Source: a virus (taxonomy: Duplodnaviria; Caudoviricetes). From it: 64,000 bases of DNA. Of this stretch, positions 40,587 through 49,321 are shown in pieces (the stretch's first letter is position 1; each line of letters opens with the position of its first letter). Location of the stretch: IMG/VR virus record IMGVR_UViG_3300012665_000674, positions 8,599-72,598 of that record; one strand, 5' to 3'. The notes below the pieces were generated by a model, which had not been told where the DNA came from, did no database searches, and was given only the letters and a program-made list of their open reading frames with translations. Both the position numbers and the translations under genes were made by a program.

Positions 40587-41144
40587 TTAGTTAAGTGGGC
40601 CGCCATTAACTGGAGTAGGTAAAACACCAGTTGTGCCTGTGTTAGCATGGGGCATCCCTAATTCTGTAATAGTAAATGGTGCAGATGTAACACCTGTTAC
40701 TTCTAAAAATGATACTACATTACCTTGCCCAACAATAATACTATTGTTAACTGTGTTAGCAGGAATGATTGTGCTATTAGCAGTAGCTACAGTGTATGCA
40801 ACACCATATGGGTTATATCGTGCTGTTGCGCCGCTAATTGCTACCGCTGAATTAGCAGTCAATGTCAGACTTGTATTGTTAGCAATTGCTTTTACAATCC
40901 CTGCGGTGTTACCTGATGTATTACCAATCCAAGCACCAATGTTTAACTGTGATAAGAAGGCAGTACCAGAACCTGTTACGGTTGCACTATTAGTAGCAGC
41001 AGTAACTGTTCCTGTTAATGCAACGTTTGGGAAACTAGTTGTATATTGAATAGCACTAGTTGTAGTTGCTATTTGTATTTTGTCTGTAGCAATATTTCCT
41101 GATGTTGCCACTGCTGAACTTGCTGTATATGCGTATGATGCCAT
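40587..41144 (-). CDS. virion structural protein
   Basis: A/T/N-rich; TVTGSGTAF fibre-type motif. Confidence 0.65.
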   Translation of the reverse strand: MASYAYTASSAVATSGNIATDKIQIATTTSAIQYTTSFPNVALTGTVTAATNSATVTGSGTAFLSQLNIGAWIGNTSGNTAGIVKAIANNTSLTLTANSAVAISGATARYNPYGVAYTVATANSTIIPANTVNNSIIVGQGNVVSFLEVTGVTSAPFTITELGMPHANTGTTGVLPTPVNGGPLN

Positions 41145-41162
41145 TTTATTTTTCCTATTATT

Positions 41163-43409
41163 TTAAAGTCTACCGACTGCGATTTCAATAACGCCTTCGA
41201 TTCCGTCAAAGTTTTCTAATGCTTTGCCGATAACTGTTCCCATGTGAGGTGCTGAACTTGGTCTAGCAAATCCATTGCCGCCAGATACCATCATATCACC
41301 TTTGTTAATTGTACCACGCACTTTCGTTGGTACTCGACCTTGCAATGCAATTGCTGTTGCAATACCGGAACATTTTGTATTCATTACATATGCTGGATCA
41401 GTAGAGACAACACCTGCAACTCTTGATGTTCCATCTGTTGCTAGTGTAACTTCTTTCTCGCCGCCAAATTCTAATACAGTTCCAGGATCATACACTGCAT
41501 CAGCTTCATAATATTCTGCCAAGTCAGCATATGTTGCTTGTAGTCTAGAACCAGCTGTTAATGTCCAATTGCCGGTTAAGTTGCCTGCGGTAGAGTTTGC
41601 ACCAGTACTAATATTAGTGGTAGTTATGCCTGTTGCAACAAAATATCCATTAGCAATGTTTGCACTAAATGCAGTATTTGAACCTAATGCATAATTTGCT
41701 CCTGCTGTGCCGCTGACAAATGTTGGGTAATATGTACCTGTTGTCAATGCTGTTAGAGCACTAAAGTCACTTACGTTTGCATACGCTACATTTAAATTGG
41801 TTACACGTGTTGTGCTTGCAATTGTTAATGGTGCTGTTCCTGTTGCTACGTTACTTTCTAATATACTACTGATTACTCTACCACTAGTACCTAAGTTACC
41901 TACATTAGCATTACCCGAAACACTAAATGTTCCTGAAATGTTTGCGCCAGTTCCAGTAACAGTAACAATGTTTGCATTACCTACTGCTGATATGGTTACA
42001 TTACCATTTGATGAAGCAATACGTACATTACTATTACCATTTGCTAATGGACCAAATACATTACCGACTAATCCGGTAGTAGTGACTACTAATACGTTTG
42101 ACGTACCACCAACACTAATTGCAATATTACCAGAAGCAGTAGGAATATTTACATTAGATGTTCCGTTTGCATATGGACCAATTAAATTACCACCTGTAAT
42201 ATTACCTGATACACTCAAAGAAGTTAGTGTGCCAAGGCTTGTGATGTTTGGTTGAGCCGCAGTAGTTAATGTACCAGTAACTAATGTAGCTGATAATGCG
42301 CCAGTAGCCGCATTGAAAGATAAATTTGCATTTGCACCGTGTGCTAAATTTCCTGATGTAGCATTTGCAAACAGTGGATAGAATGTTCCGGTAGTTTGTA
42401 GTGTAGTAACAGAAAAATCACTAACGTTTGAATAAGAAACATTTAAGTTGCTTACACGTGTTGTACTTGTAACAGTTAATGGTGCTGTTCCTGTACTAAC
42501 ATTAGAAATTAATACTGGTGCTGTGACAGTTGATGTAACATTTAAATTAGCAACATTCGTATTTCCATTAATTGTCAGTGCAGTTGTATTTTTATCAAAA
42601 GTAAATCCGGTGTTTCCAGCTAAAACACCACCATCATTAAATTGAACAGTAGTAGTTGAACCTCCGGCTGCACCAGATCCACCGCCACCTGTTCCACTTA
42701 AACTAGCCGTAGCAACTGCTACGTTTGGTGTTGATGCACCTAAGTTAGTACCTACAGCCGCTGTACTTAATCCTGAATCAGTATATAACTCAACGTTACC
42801 AGTAGTTGCAAAATTGTTAGCTAGCTTAACATAAAACGTTTGTCCATTAACAATAGTATTTGCATTTGCACCATTTGCACCAGAAATAGTGACACCTAAA
42901 CTATTTGTATATGGTGTGGTGTTTGCCACTGTCATTATGATTGGAGTAGCATTTGATAGTGCTATGATCGGAGTGTACAACGTACCTTTTGGAGTCCAAG
43001 AAAGATTTCCTGTTCCGTCTGTTTCTAACACATATCCAATAGCACCGCCATTGATATTTAAATATTCTACATTACCTAAATCTAATTTAAAATTTGCATT
43101 AGCAGATATTATATCCGTGCTTGGGTAATTTTCCCAAGTATTCGTACTTTCAATATAGGTTAATAGTTGTCCGTTATTTGCAAGATTAATATTAATATTG
43201 CCGCCATCACTACCATCTACTTGACTAAAACTAATAGTTGAATATGAAGTTAAAACTTCAATATTTTCGTTCTCTACGGCATTTCCTGTTCTTCCAATGA
43301 ACAGTCGTTTGTCATCGGTTGCCCAGCCGAACTCTGCATTATCAAGCTGAGGTAGGTCAACTAAGTTACCTGCTCTTTGTTGGATTTTACTGATTTGTAC
43401 TATAGCCAT
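41163..43409 (-). CDS. tail fibre with Mtd-like N-terminus and C-terminal chaperone-like domain
   Basis: LPQLDNAEFGWATDDKRLFIG; YADLAEYY, GVVSTDPAY, LQGRVP, IGKALE. Confidence 0.8.
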   Translation of the reverse strand: MAIVQISKIQQRAGNLVDLPQLDNAEFGWATDDKRLFIGRTGNAVENENIEVLTSYSTISFSQVDGSDGGNININLANNGQLLTYIESTNTWENYPSTDIISANANFKLDLGNVEYLNINGGAIGYVLETDGTGNLSWTPKGTLYTPIIALSNATPIIMTVANTTPYTNSLGVTISGANGANANTIVNGQTFYVKLANNFATTGNVELYTDSGLSTAAVGTNLGASTPNVAVATASLSGTGGGGSGAAGGSTTTVQFNDGGVLAGNTGFTFDKNTTALTINGNTNVANLNVTSTVTAPVLISNVSTGTAPLTVTSTTRVSNLNVSYSNVSDFSVTTLQTTGTFYPLFANATSGNLAHGANANLSFNAATGALSATLVTGTLTTAAQPNITSLGTLTSLSVSGNITGGNLIGPYANGTSNVNIPTASGNIAISVGGTSNVLVVTTTGLVGNVFGPLANGNSNVRIASSNGNVTISAVGNANIVTVTGTGANISGTFSVSGNANVGNLGTSGRVISSILESNVATGTAPLTIASTTRVTNLNVAYANVSDFSALTALTTGTYYPTFVSGTAGANYALGSNTAFSANIANGYFVATGITTTNISTGANSTAGNLTGNWTLTAGSRLQATYADLAEYYEADAVYDPGTVLEFGGEKEVTLATDGTSRVAGVVSTDPAYVMNTKCSGIATAIALQGRVPTKVRGTINKGDMMVSGGNGFARPSSAPHMGTVIGKALENFDGIEGVIEIAVGRL

Positions 43410-43443
43410 AAGTGTATTTCTTCACGATATACACTTATTTATC
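43408..43443 (-). promoter_or_regulatory. late promoter with start-codon-occluding hairpin
   Basis: GATAAATA at 43443-43436; ATAAGTGTAT/ATACACTTAT 10-bp stem reaches into the ATG. Confidence 0.65.
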
Positions 43444-43461
43444 ACAAACCCGATCTAATCG

Positions 43462-44148
43462 TTATAGGAATTTCATATAATATTCTTCTACACGCTTAAA
43501 CCATTTATCTGACCATTTATCAAATTCTGCACCCTCTACAATGAATTCCTGATATACATTATCTGCTGTACACATAAAAATAACACCCTTACGAATGTTT
43601 GTTCCGTGTACTTCATTGTGTGCATTTGCGTATGCGGTTAACTGCAAAAAGTAATCTTCAATCCACTCACGTTTTTTTAACTTGTTAGATTGTTTATGGT
43701 CCATAATAGCTTCACTACCATCATGTATACCGCATAAGTCTGTAGTACCGGCATATACTTTTGGGAAATATAATGGAACCTCTGTTCCCCAATATTCACT
43801 ACAGTTAATCAATCCTTGATTAATGATAGATTGGGCCATTGTGTGACTTTGAATACTATATGGATTTGATCCTGGTTCTCCTATTTTTCCAGTCTTAATA
43901 TAGTCTTCAATCCACTTATGCATTCGTGTACCACGTCCTGCGGCTTCAGTGGTTATCTCTTGTGCTTTTTTATGTCCTACACGATTTCGCCATTCTTGTA
44001 GTGCTTTTTTAGCCTCTTCGGGTTTAGTTGATTCTAGTATCGTGGTAACACTGGGTAATTTTTCACCGTCTGGAGTAGCGTATTTTCTTGACCCGTCTAC
44101 TGTTGTTCTAAGTAAAGGTTCGTATTTATATTTGGTTGGATTGTACAT
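43462..44148 (-). CDS. PD-(D/E)XK exonuclease (Cas4/MGME1-like)
   Basis: LPSVTTIL, RGTRMH, YAGTTD, DHKQS, YFLQLTAYA; TATAAT 6 nt before the ATG at 44148. Confidence 0.88.
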   Translation of the reverse strand: MYNPTKYKYEPLLRTTVDGSRKYATPDGEKLPSVTTILESTKPEEAKKALQEWRNRVGHKKAQEITTEAAGRGTRMHKWIEDYIKTGKIGEPGSNPYSIQSHTMAQSIINQGLINCSEYWGTEVPLYFPKVYAGTTDLCGIHDGSEAIMDHKQSNKLKKREWIEDYFLQLTAYANAHNEVHGTNIRKGVIFMCTADNVYQEFIVEGAEFDKWSDKWFKRVEEYYMKFL

Positions 44149-44165
44149 GTACAAATTATACTACA

Positions 44166-45002
44166 TTACAATTTAAATTTACACCATTCTGGGAATTTCT
44201 GATGATATTTACTTGTTGCTTGAAAATCATTTAATGATAAAAAATCACCATCAATTTTTTGTAAACCATGAAATAATCTATCAATTTGCGTAATCGTGTA
44301 GTTTGCGATTACTTTCTGAGTTTTTTCCCCATCGTGTCCGCAAGGTAATTTAGGCTCACCGTCACTTCCTATTTTATAGAAGTGTTCTATCCTATAAGGA
44401 TTATTGTCAATGATATCACTCATGTATGCTAACTTAGGTAAAAAATCGTATTTTTCTGCTGTGTCATCAGAATAATCTGTCATCATATAAGGTATGTCCA
44501 TTACCTTAAAAAGATTCATAAGTGATAGTTTATACACAAAGGTTTTTCTAAAAAAATCTTCATAATTGAAGTTAGTTAAAAAATTCTCAAATACTATTTG
44601 TAGTTTTTCATGTTCTTCAGGCATATGGAACGGTGCATAATCATTAAAATGTCGATCATTATAATTTCTTTTCTGCCATGTTTCTCTTCGCCAATATTGG
44701 CTCCATGCAATTATAAATAATGGTTTACTATTTGTGGGTAAATTTTTATAGATATATTCATGTGATACTCTATGTATAAAATCATTTCCTGCCCCGGGCA
44801 CAGCAAGATTAACTAACGGAACATTTAACTTTTTGGCAACTAATGCAGGCCAACCTTGAGTTGATGGGCTATCTAACCCTTGACAATAAGTCCAGCTACA
44901 ACCTATTGTTACTACATGTGTAATTTTCAATTTAAACCCTGAAACTTTCTCCGCATCCGCAGCGATCACGTTCATTGGGATTACGAAATTCGAATCCCTC
45001 AT
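44166..45002 (-). CDS. SGNH-like hypothetical protein (true start probably TTG at 44930)
   Basis: TIGCSWT, WPALVA, NLAVPGAGND, C-terminal GH. Confidence 0.55.
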   Translation of the reverse strand: MRDSNFVIPMNVIAADAEKVSGFKLKITHVVTIGCSWTYCQGLDSPSTQGWPALVAKKLNVPLVNLAVPGAGNDFIHRVSHEYIYKNLPTNSKPLFIIAWSQYWRRETWQKRNYNDRHFNDYAPFHMPEEHEKLQIVFENFLTNFNYEDFFRKTFVYKLSLMNLFKVMDIPYMMTDYSDDTAEKYDFLPKLAYMSDIIDNNPYRIEHFYKIGSDGEPKLPCGHDGEKTQKVIANYTITQIDRLFHGLQKIDGDFLSLNDFQATSKYHQKFPEWCKFKL

Positions 45003-45252
45003 TTAATCCATTACGTACATAATCAATAGTCATTCCCTGCAAGTATGCACAACTTTTAGGATCAATATATAAAGCACAACCCTCACAATCAATTTTTATA
45101 TCATGTTCATCGGGATTGTCAACATATTCAAGCACATAGGCTAAACCAGAACAACCTGTCGTTTTGACTGCTATTCTGATTCCTAATCCTTTACCTCTTT
45201 TAGAGAGTGTTTGTTTTACTTTGTGAGATGCTATATCTGTAATGTTTATCAT
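44932..45252 (-). CDS. iscA: A-type Fe-S cluster carrier
   Basis: TTGCSGLAY and CGCGESF. Confidence 0.95.
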   Translation of the reverse strand: MINITDIASHKVKQTLSKRGKGLGIRIAVKTTGCSGLAYVLEYVDNPDEHDIKIDCEGCALYIDPKSCAYLQGMTIDYVRNGLNEGFEFRNPNERDRCGCGESFRV

Positions 45253-45254
45253 TT

Positions 45255-45584
45255 TTACTTCATAGCATCATGTGCCATGTTGTTTACGACTTGCTGGCTT
45301 TGTTGTTGGTCTTGATTGGGTTTTACTCCTGATTCTTGACCTACAAAAATAACATTGCCTGCTTGTATATTACTTATGACTTTATTGAGTGGTGGTTTTT
45401 TTATCATATCATATAATGAATCAATGGATAAATTCAATCCAAAATCACTAAGATATGATAAAAATTCTTCTTCAGTCCAATCAGCTTTTTCTTGACCCTT
45501 GTTTATGCTATCTTTAAGTTGATTGGCAACAGCAACAAGTCTGACAGTATCTGGATCAGGACTATCAAGTTCAAATAAAAACAT
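45255..45584 (-). CDS. hypothetical protein (start MFLFEL)
   Basis: ATG two nt after the upstream stop. Confidence 0.7.
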   Translation of the reverse strand: MFLFELDSPDPDTVRLVAVANQLKDSINKGQEKADWTEEEFLSYLSDFGLNLSIDSLYDMIKKPPLNKVISNIQAGNVIFVGQESGVKPNQDQQQSQQVVNNMAHDAMK

Positions 45585-45585
45585 A

Positions 45586-46308
45586 TTAGCGTTTGGCTCT
45601 ACCAACGCCAGACACTGGTGCTTCTTCTGGTTCTGGAATTTCTTCTTCACCAGCTTCTAAACCTGCATCCATGCCTGCATCCATGCCTACTTCTTCACCA
45701 GCTTCTAAACCTGCATCCATGCCTGCATCCATACCTAACTCTGCGCCAGCGTCAAATGCTTGTGCACCGGCATCACCTGTTACAGTACCTAATGCAGACT
45801 TCATTCCGTTGAATGCTTCTTTTAGTGCAGCACTTAATTGGTCTAATTGTTGTGATACTTGATCATTATATGTTTGACTTTCATTCACACCAATTTCAGA
45901 TTCAATACCTGATACTAATGCAGGTAATTCTTTAACTTGCATCTGACCTACTTCTTCAAGCATTTTTTGTATGCTATCAACTAAGTCTTGTGCAGCCAAT
46001 ACAACTTGTGATTTTTCAACTTCTTCGTTTTCTATGACGATACGTGGTTGAGGACGTGAACGCAATTCATTAAAATGATCTGCTAGGGCTTGCTCCATAA
46101 ACACCAACTTCATGTGTGCAGGAGTTGTTTGGTATTTGTAGAAATTTGAAGACTGTTTAGATTCAGTCATTAATCCACGTACTTTTTCAAGCATTGTTCG
46201 TGTTGATGAGATGGACATCTTGTTCACATCGAACGGAAGTTCGTAATGCTCTTTTAATGCTCTAGATGCATTGTGACGGGTTTTGTTATCAAGTTCAGTT
46301 AGTTTCAT
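45586..46308 (-). CDS. hypothetical coiled-coil protein, possibly prohead scaffold/core
   Basis: MKLTEL start, acidic tail, GATAAATA at 46342-46335. Confidence 0.6.
   Translation of the reverse strand: MKLTELDNKTRHNASRALKEHYELPFDVNKMSISSTRTMLEKVRGLMTESKQSSNFYKYQTTPAHMKLVFMEQALADHFNELRSRPQPRIVIENEEVEKSQVVLAAQDLVDSIQKMLEEVGQMQVKELPALVSGIESEIGVNESQTYNDQVSQQLDQLSAALKEAFNGMKSALGTVTGDAGAQAFDAGAELGMDAGMDAGLEAGEEVGMDAGMDAGLEAGEEEIPEPEEAPVSGVGRAKR
45642..45737. repeat. 48-bp tandem duplication (2 copies, 1 mismatch)
   Basis: encodes GMDAGMDAGLEAGEE twice. Confidence 0.9.
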
Positions 46309-46356
46309 AGTTTTATCCAAAGAAATATATAATGTATTTATCTTTAATGTAATTTA

Positions 46357-46833
46357 TTAATGGGATTTAGTATTAAATCTTTTTGCATGCCATGACTTTG
46401 AATCAATTATAAAGTCATTTAACTCTTCGGTTAATCTTTTAAGCATCAATCGTTCTTCGCCTAATTTAGCAAGGTATATCAATTTTTCTTCATTATTTTT
46501 GCTATTTTTTACCATCTTTTGATGCACAATAATATTGGCATCAAGTCTAGCTAGTTTTTTGTCAAGTTCAATAATTCTTTTCGAATCCATTATTTTATTT
46601 CTTCGATCAAATGTACACCAGGTAACCGCATTTTTTAATTCCCAAAAAATCAGTGTACTAGATGAAGTGAAAAAACCTACTTCATAGGATCCGTTTATTT
46701 TTGTAATAGTATACTTATTGAATAACTGATATGTACCAGTTGAATCTTGAAAGATAGACAAATCCTGTAGATGTTTCAAATCATCTTTGTGAATAGTCTT
46801 TTCTATCTTTTGGAATATTTTTTCATTAATCAT
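46357..46833 (-). CDS. hypothetical protein
   Basis: 158 aa ORF. Confidence 0.75.
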   Translation of the reverse strand: MINEKIFQKIEKTIHKDDLKHLQDLSIFQDSTGTYQLFNKYTITKINGSYEVGFFTSSSTLIFWELKNAVTWCTFDRRNKIMDSKRIIELDKKLARLDANIIVHQKMVKNSKNNEEKLIYLAKLGEERLMLKRLTEELNDFIIDSKSWHAKRFNTKSH

Positions 46834-47281
46834 GGTTCAGTGTTTTAAAAAATATATTTCTTAGTTCATCACTACTATCTAAAGTATTGTCAAGTTTGTC
46901 CCACATGGTGTGACATTTAATCATAGGTACTCTTTCACAATCACGATATAATGATCCTAAATCATGTATTCCGTCATAGAACACACTAGGGTGTTGCACA
47001 GTAAAATCAAATGACCAACAAGGATATGTTTCATCTTCTTGTTGTTCAAAAAGAAATCCAAAATCTGTAAATGTATCAAAACGAATTTCCATTTTGCTAG
47101 GTTTACGAATTATCTCAGGCTGACTACGTAAGGATATTACTTGTTGAATAGTGTCAAAATTACTTTGTGTATTACGTTTATAATACCACTCTTGTGGATC
47201 CTTGTCAATATCAGGGCGCTGACGATTAGGTACATTAGTTACTGTAATGTCAAAAAGAGTGTAACAAGTAATAATATGCAT
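46826..47281 (-). CDS. hypothetical protein
   Basis: 151 aa; TTAAATA 5 nt before the ATG. Confidence 0.75.
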   Translation of the reverse strand: MHIITCYTLFDITVTNVPNRQRPDIDKDPQEWYYKRNTQSNFDTIQQVISLRSQPEIIRKPSKMEIRFDTFTDFGFLFEQQEDETYPCWSFDFTVQHPSVFYDGIHDLGSLYRDCERVPMIKCHTMWDKLDNTLDSSDELRNIFFKTLNHD

Positions 47282-47300
47282 AGTACTATTTAATAGAGGT

Positions 47301-47325
47301 AAAAAAACCCGAGAATTTCTCGGGT
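47301..47325 (-). terminator. intrinsic terminator
   Basis: ACCCGAGA-AAT-TCTCGGGT followed by a T-run. Confidence 0.85.
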
Positions 47326-47345
47326 CCTTTTATTCAAGTTAAAGA

Positions 47346-47729
47346 TTAACCTGTGAATGTAGCTGAAGCAGTAACAGTCAAGCTGTTTGACAAACCAGCA
47401 TTAGCTAAAGCAGCAGTAGCGGCTGTGTCTAAAGTTCCAGTTGTCCATGCACCTGTTGGGTAAACAGCCATTGCTACTGTATCGTTTGTATCATTTGTGT
47501 ACTCATAGATGTAAACTGTAGCTAATTGTTGTGTAGCTTGGATAATTAGGTTAACTTGTGTACCTGTCAACTCACCAGTTCCTGTAACTGTGAAGAAGTC
47601 TAACTTAGGACCTTGTGGTTGTACTGTGTTAGCAGTAGAAACAGCATTTGCACCGCTGTTTGTATATGCTGGGTAGTCTAAGTTTAATACTGGTAGTAAG
47701 TCACCGTTTGATTTTGTAAATTGTGCCAT
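47346..47729 (-). CDS. small, probably abundant virion protein (decoration-like)
   Basis: own late promoter, AAAGGA RBS and terminator; A/T-rich protein. Confidence 0.6.
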   Translation of the reverse strand: MAQFTKSNGDLLPVLNLDYPAYTNSGANAVSTANTVQPQGPKLDFFTVTGTGELTGTQVNLIIQATQQLATVYIYEYTNDTNDTVAMAVYPTGAWTTGTLDTAATAALANAGLSNSLTVTASATFTG

Positions 47730-47792
47730 TTGGAAATTCCTTTAAATGTTTTGAATCCTACTGATTCATACTATTATTTATTCCTGATACAA

Positions 47793-47830
47793 AAAAATCC
47801 AGGATTTGGTTATTAAAATCCTGGATTTTT
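47793..47830. terminator. intrinsic terminator
   Basis: AAAAATCCAGGATTT-N8-AAATCCTGGATTTTT. Confidence 0.8.
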
Positions 47831-47848
47831 GTAATATAGTCGCACTTT

Positions 47849-49030
47849 TTACACTTTATCTGTCTGCCTACGTGTTGCTAATTTTTGTTGACGATTAGTT
47901 ATCGTCTGGTCTATGTTAGTTAAATCAGAATTTCCTAATTGTTTTTCAATATAAGATAATATTCTTTGTTTGCCTTTTTTATCTAATTTACCCAACAATC
48001 CTATTGCTTGTTTGTAGGGAGTAGCAATAGTTGGTTGTACAGTTGTTGTAGGTTCGGTACTAGCAGATGTTGATGATGTACTAGTAGCCGGTGCAGTTGT
48101 ATCCGATGCAGATGCACCTTTACCTAAACCTTGTCGTATACCTGCCGCAAACGAACTAGTTGCGGGTTGTGTTGCACCTGCACCTGCTGTGTCTGTTGCA
48201 TTATCTTGATTACTGTAGGAAAAAGCATATCCTAAATTAGCTAACTTAGTGAGTGCATCTTTATTTCTTGGATAAGTACTTTCAATTTCATTTGCAAGAG
48301 TTGTCACTTGTGCTTGCACTTGGGAAGGTATAGTTTGAATTTGTAAATATTTTTTAAAAAATCGTTGAATGAAATCACTTATTGACTGCTTGGATGCTAC
48401 TGCTTCATCAATATTAATAACACTTTCTAAAATATAGTCTAGTTTAGTATAAGTTGATTCTTTAAATAAATTTGCTTGAGCAGCCTGTTGTTTTTGTTTT
48501 CTAATATTAGCAGCCTGAATCGCAGTTTGATTGGCAGGTAATTTACTGACCGGAGACATTTGTGATTGAGCATTTGCGGCAGCATCTTTTTGTTTAGCTT
48601 GTCTGATATTCCCTGCTTGCACAGTTGGTTGATTAACTGGTAGTTTACTGACTGGGGCCGCAGTTTTATCTATATTTTGTTGTGCAGCCTTTTGCAATCT
48701 TATACGTTTTTGCTCAGGGGTTTCTCCTGCAGGAGCTTGTTGAGTAGTAGGTGTTTGTTGAGTAGACGTTGTAGTGGGCTGAACACCCTTTATGCTAGGA
48801 TCTACTAATCCGCCCTTAATAGCACTATCCAAATCAGCACTTGCTCTACCAATCATTTTACTAAGGAATATATTTTTAGCCATTTTATCCTGAACAGATA
48901 ATTGGTCAGAACCAGTTTTATTAAATGGATTTAGTCTACTGCCTGTTTGCTGTAAAGCCGCGGCTCCATAGTCTCCGAATGCCTGGGCCAGGTCTAATTC
49001 ATTCAATTGTTTAAATTCATTCAGTTTCAC
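47849..49030 (-). CDS. hypothetical Q/A/T-rich protein, possibly capsid-internal
   Basis: MKLNEFKQLNEL start; internal repeat PVSKLPxNQxxxQAxNIR twice. Confidence 0.65.
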   Translation of the reverse strand: MKLNEFKQLNELDLAQAFGDYGAAALQQTGSRLNPFNKTGSDQLSVQDKMAKNIFLSKMIGRASADLDSAIKGGLVDPSIKGVQPTTTSTQQTPTTQQAPAGETPEQKRIRLQKAAQQNIDKTAAPVSKLPVNQPTVQAGNIRQAKQKDAAANAQSQMSPVSKLPANQTAIQAANIRKQKQQAAQANLFKESTYTKLDYILESVINIDEAVASKQSISDFIQRFFKKYLQIQTIPSQVQAQVTTLANEIESTYPRNKDALTKLANLGYAFSYSNQDNATDTAGAGATQPATSSFAAGIRQGLGKGASASDTTAPATSTSSTSASTEPTTTVQPTIATPYKQAIGLLGKLDKKGKQRILSYIEKQLGNSDLTNIDQTITNRQQKLATRRQTDKV

Positions 49031-49265
49031 GATTTTTCCTTAAAGATTTTGCAAATCTTGTTTGATCTTTGCTTTTGATAGCACTTAAAAGTTTCTTTTC
49101 CAGAAGTTGGGCTTTTTCCTCAGGATAATGACGATTAATCATTTCAATTAAATGAATTGCACTAACAATAATATTGTGGGCACGGTTTTCAATAACGTGA
49201 GGAGTATCACGATTATTTCCAAGTGCTTCTAGTTCCTGCAAAAGGGAGCGGGTTTGTTTCTGCAT
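49017..49265 (-). CDS. hypothetical protein
   Basis: 82 aa; GATAAATA at 49289-49282. Confidence 0.75.
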   Translation of the reverse strand: MQKQTRSLLQELEALGNNRDTPHVIENRAHNIIVSAIHLIEMINRHYPEEKAQLLEKKLLSAIKSKDQTRFAKSLRKNRETE

Positions 49266-49321
49266 ATGAGTATCCTAATAGTATTTATCAAAATTGGGTT
49301 TAATTATATTTTAAGATATCT

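Noticed and set aside
41163-43409. Diversity-generating retroelement target (Mtd-like N-terminus)
   Set aside because: No reverse transcriptase and no adenine-variant template/variable repeat pair seen in the window
43462-44148. Cas4/CRISPR system
   Set aside because: Stand-alone phage exonuclease without the Cas4 Cys cluster; no repeat-spacer array seen
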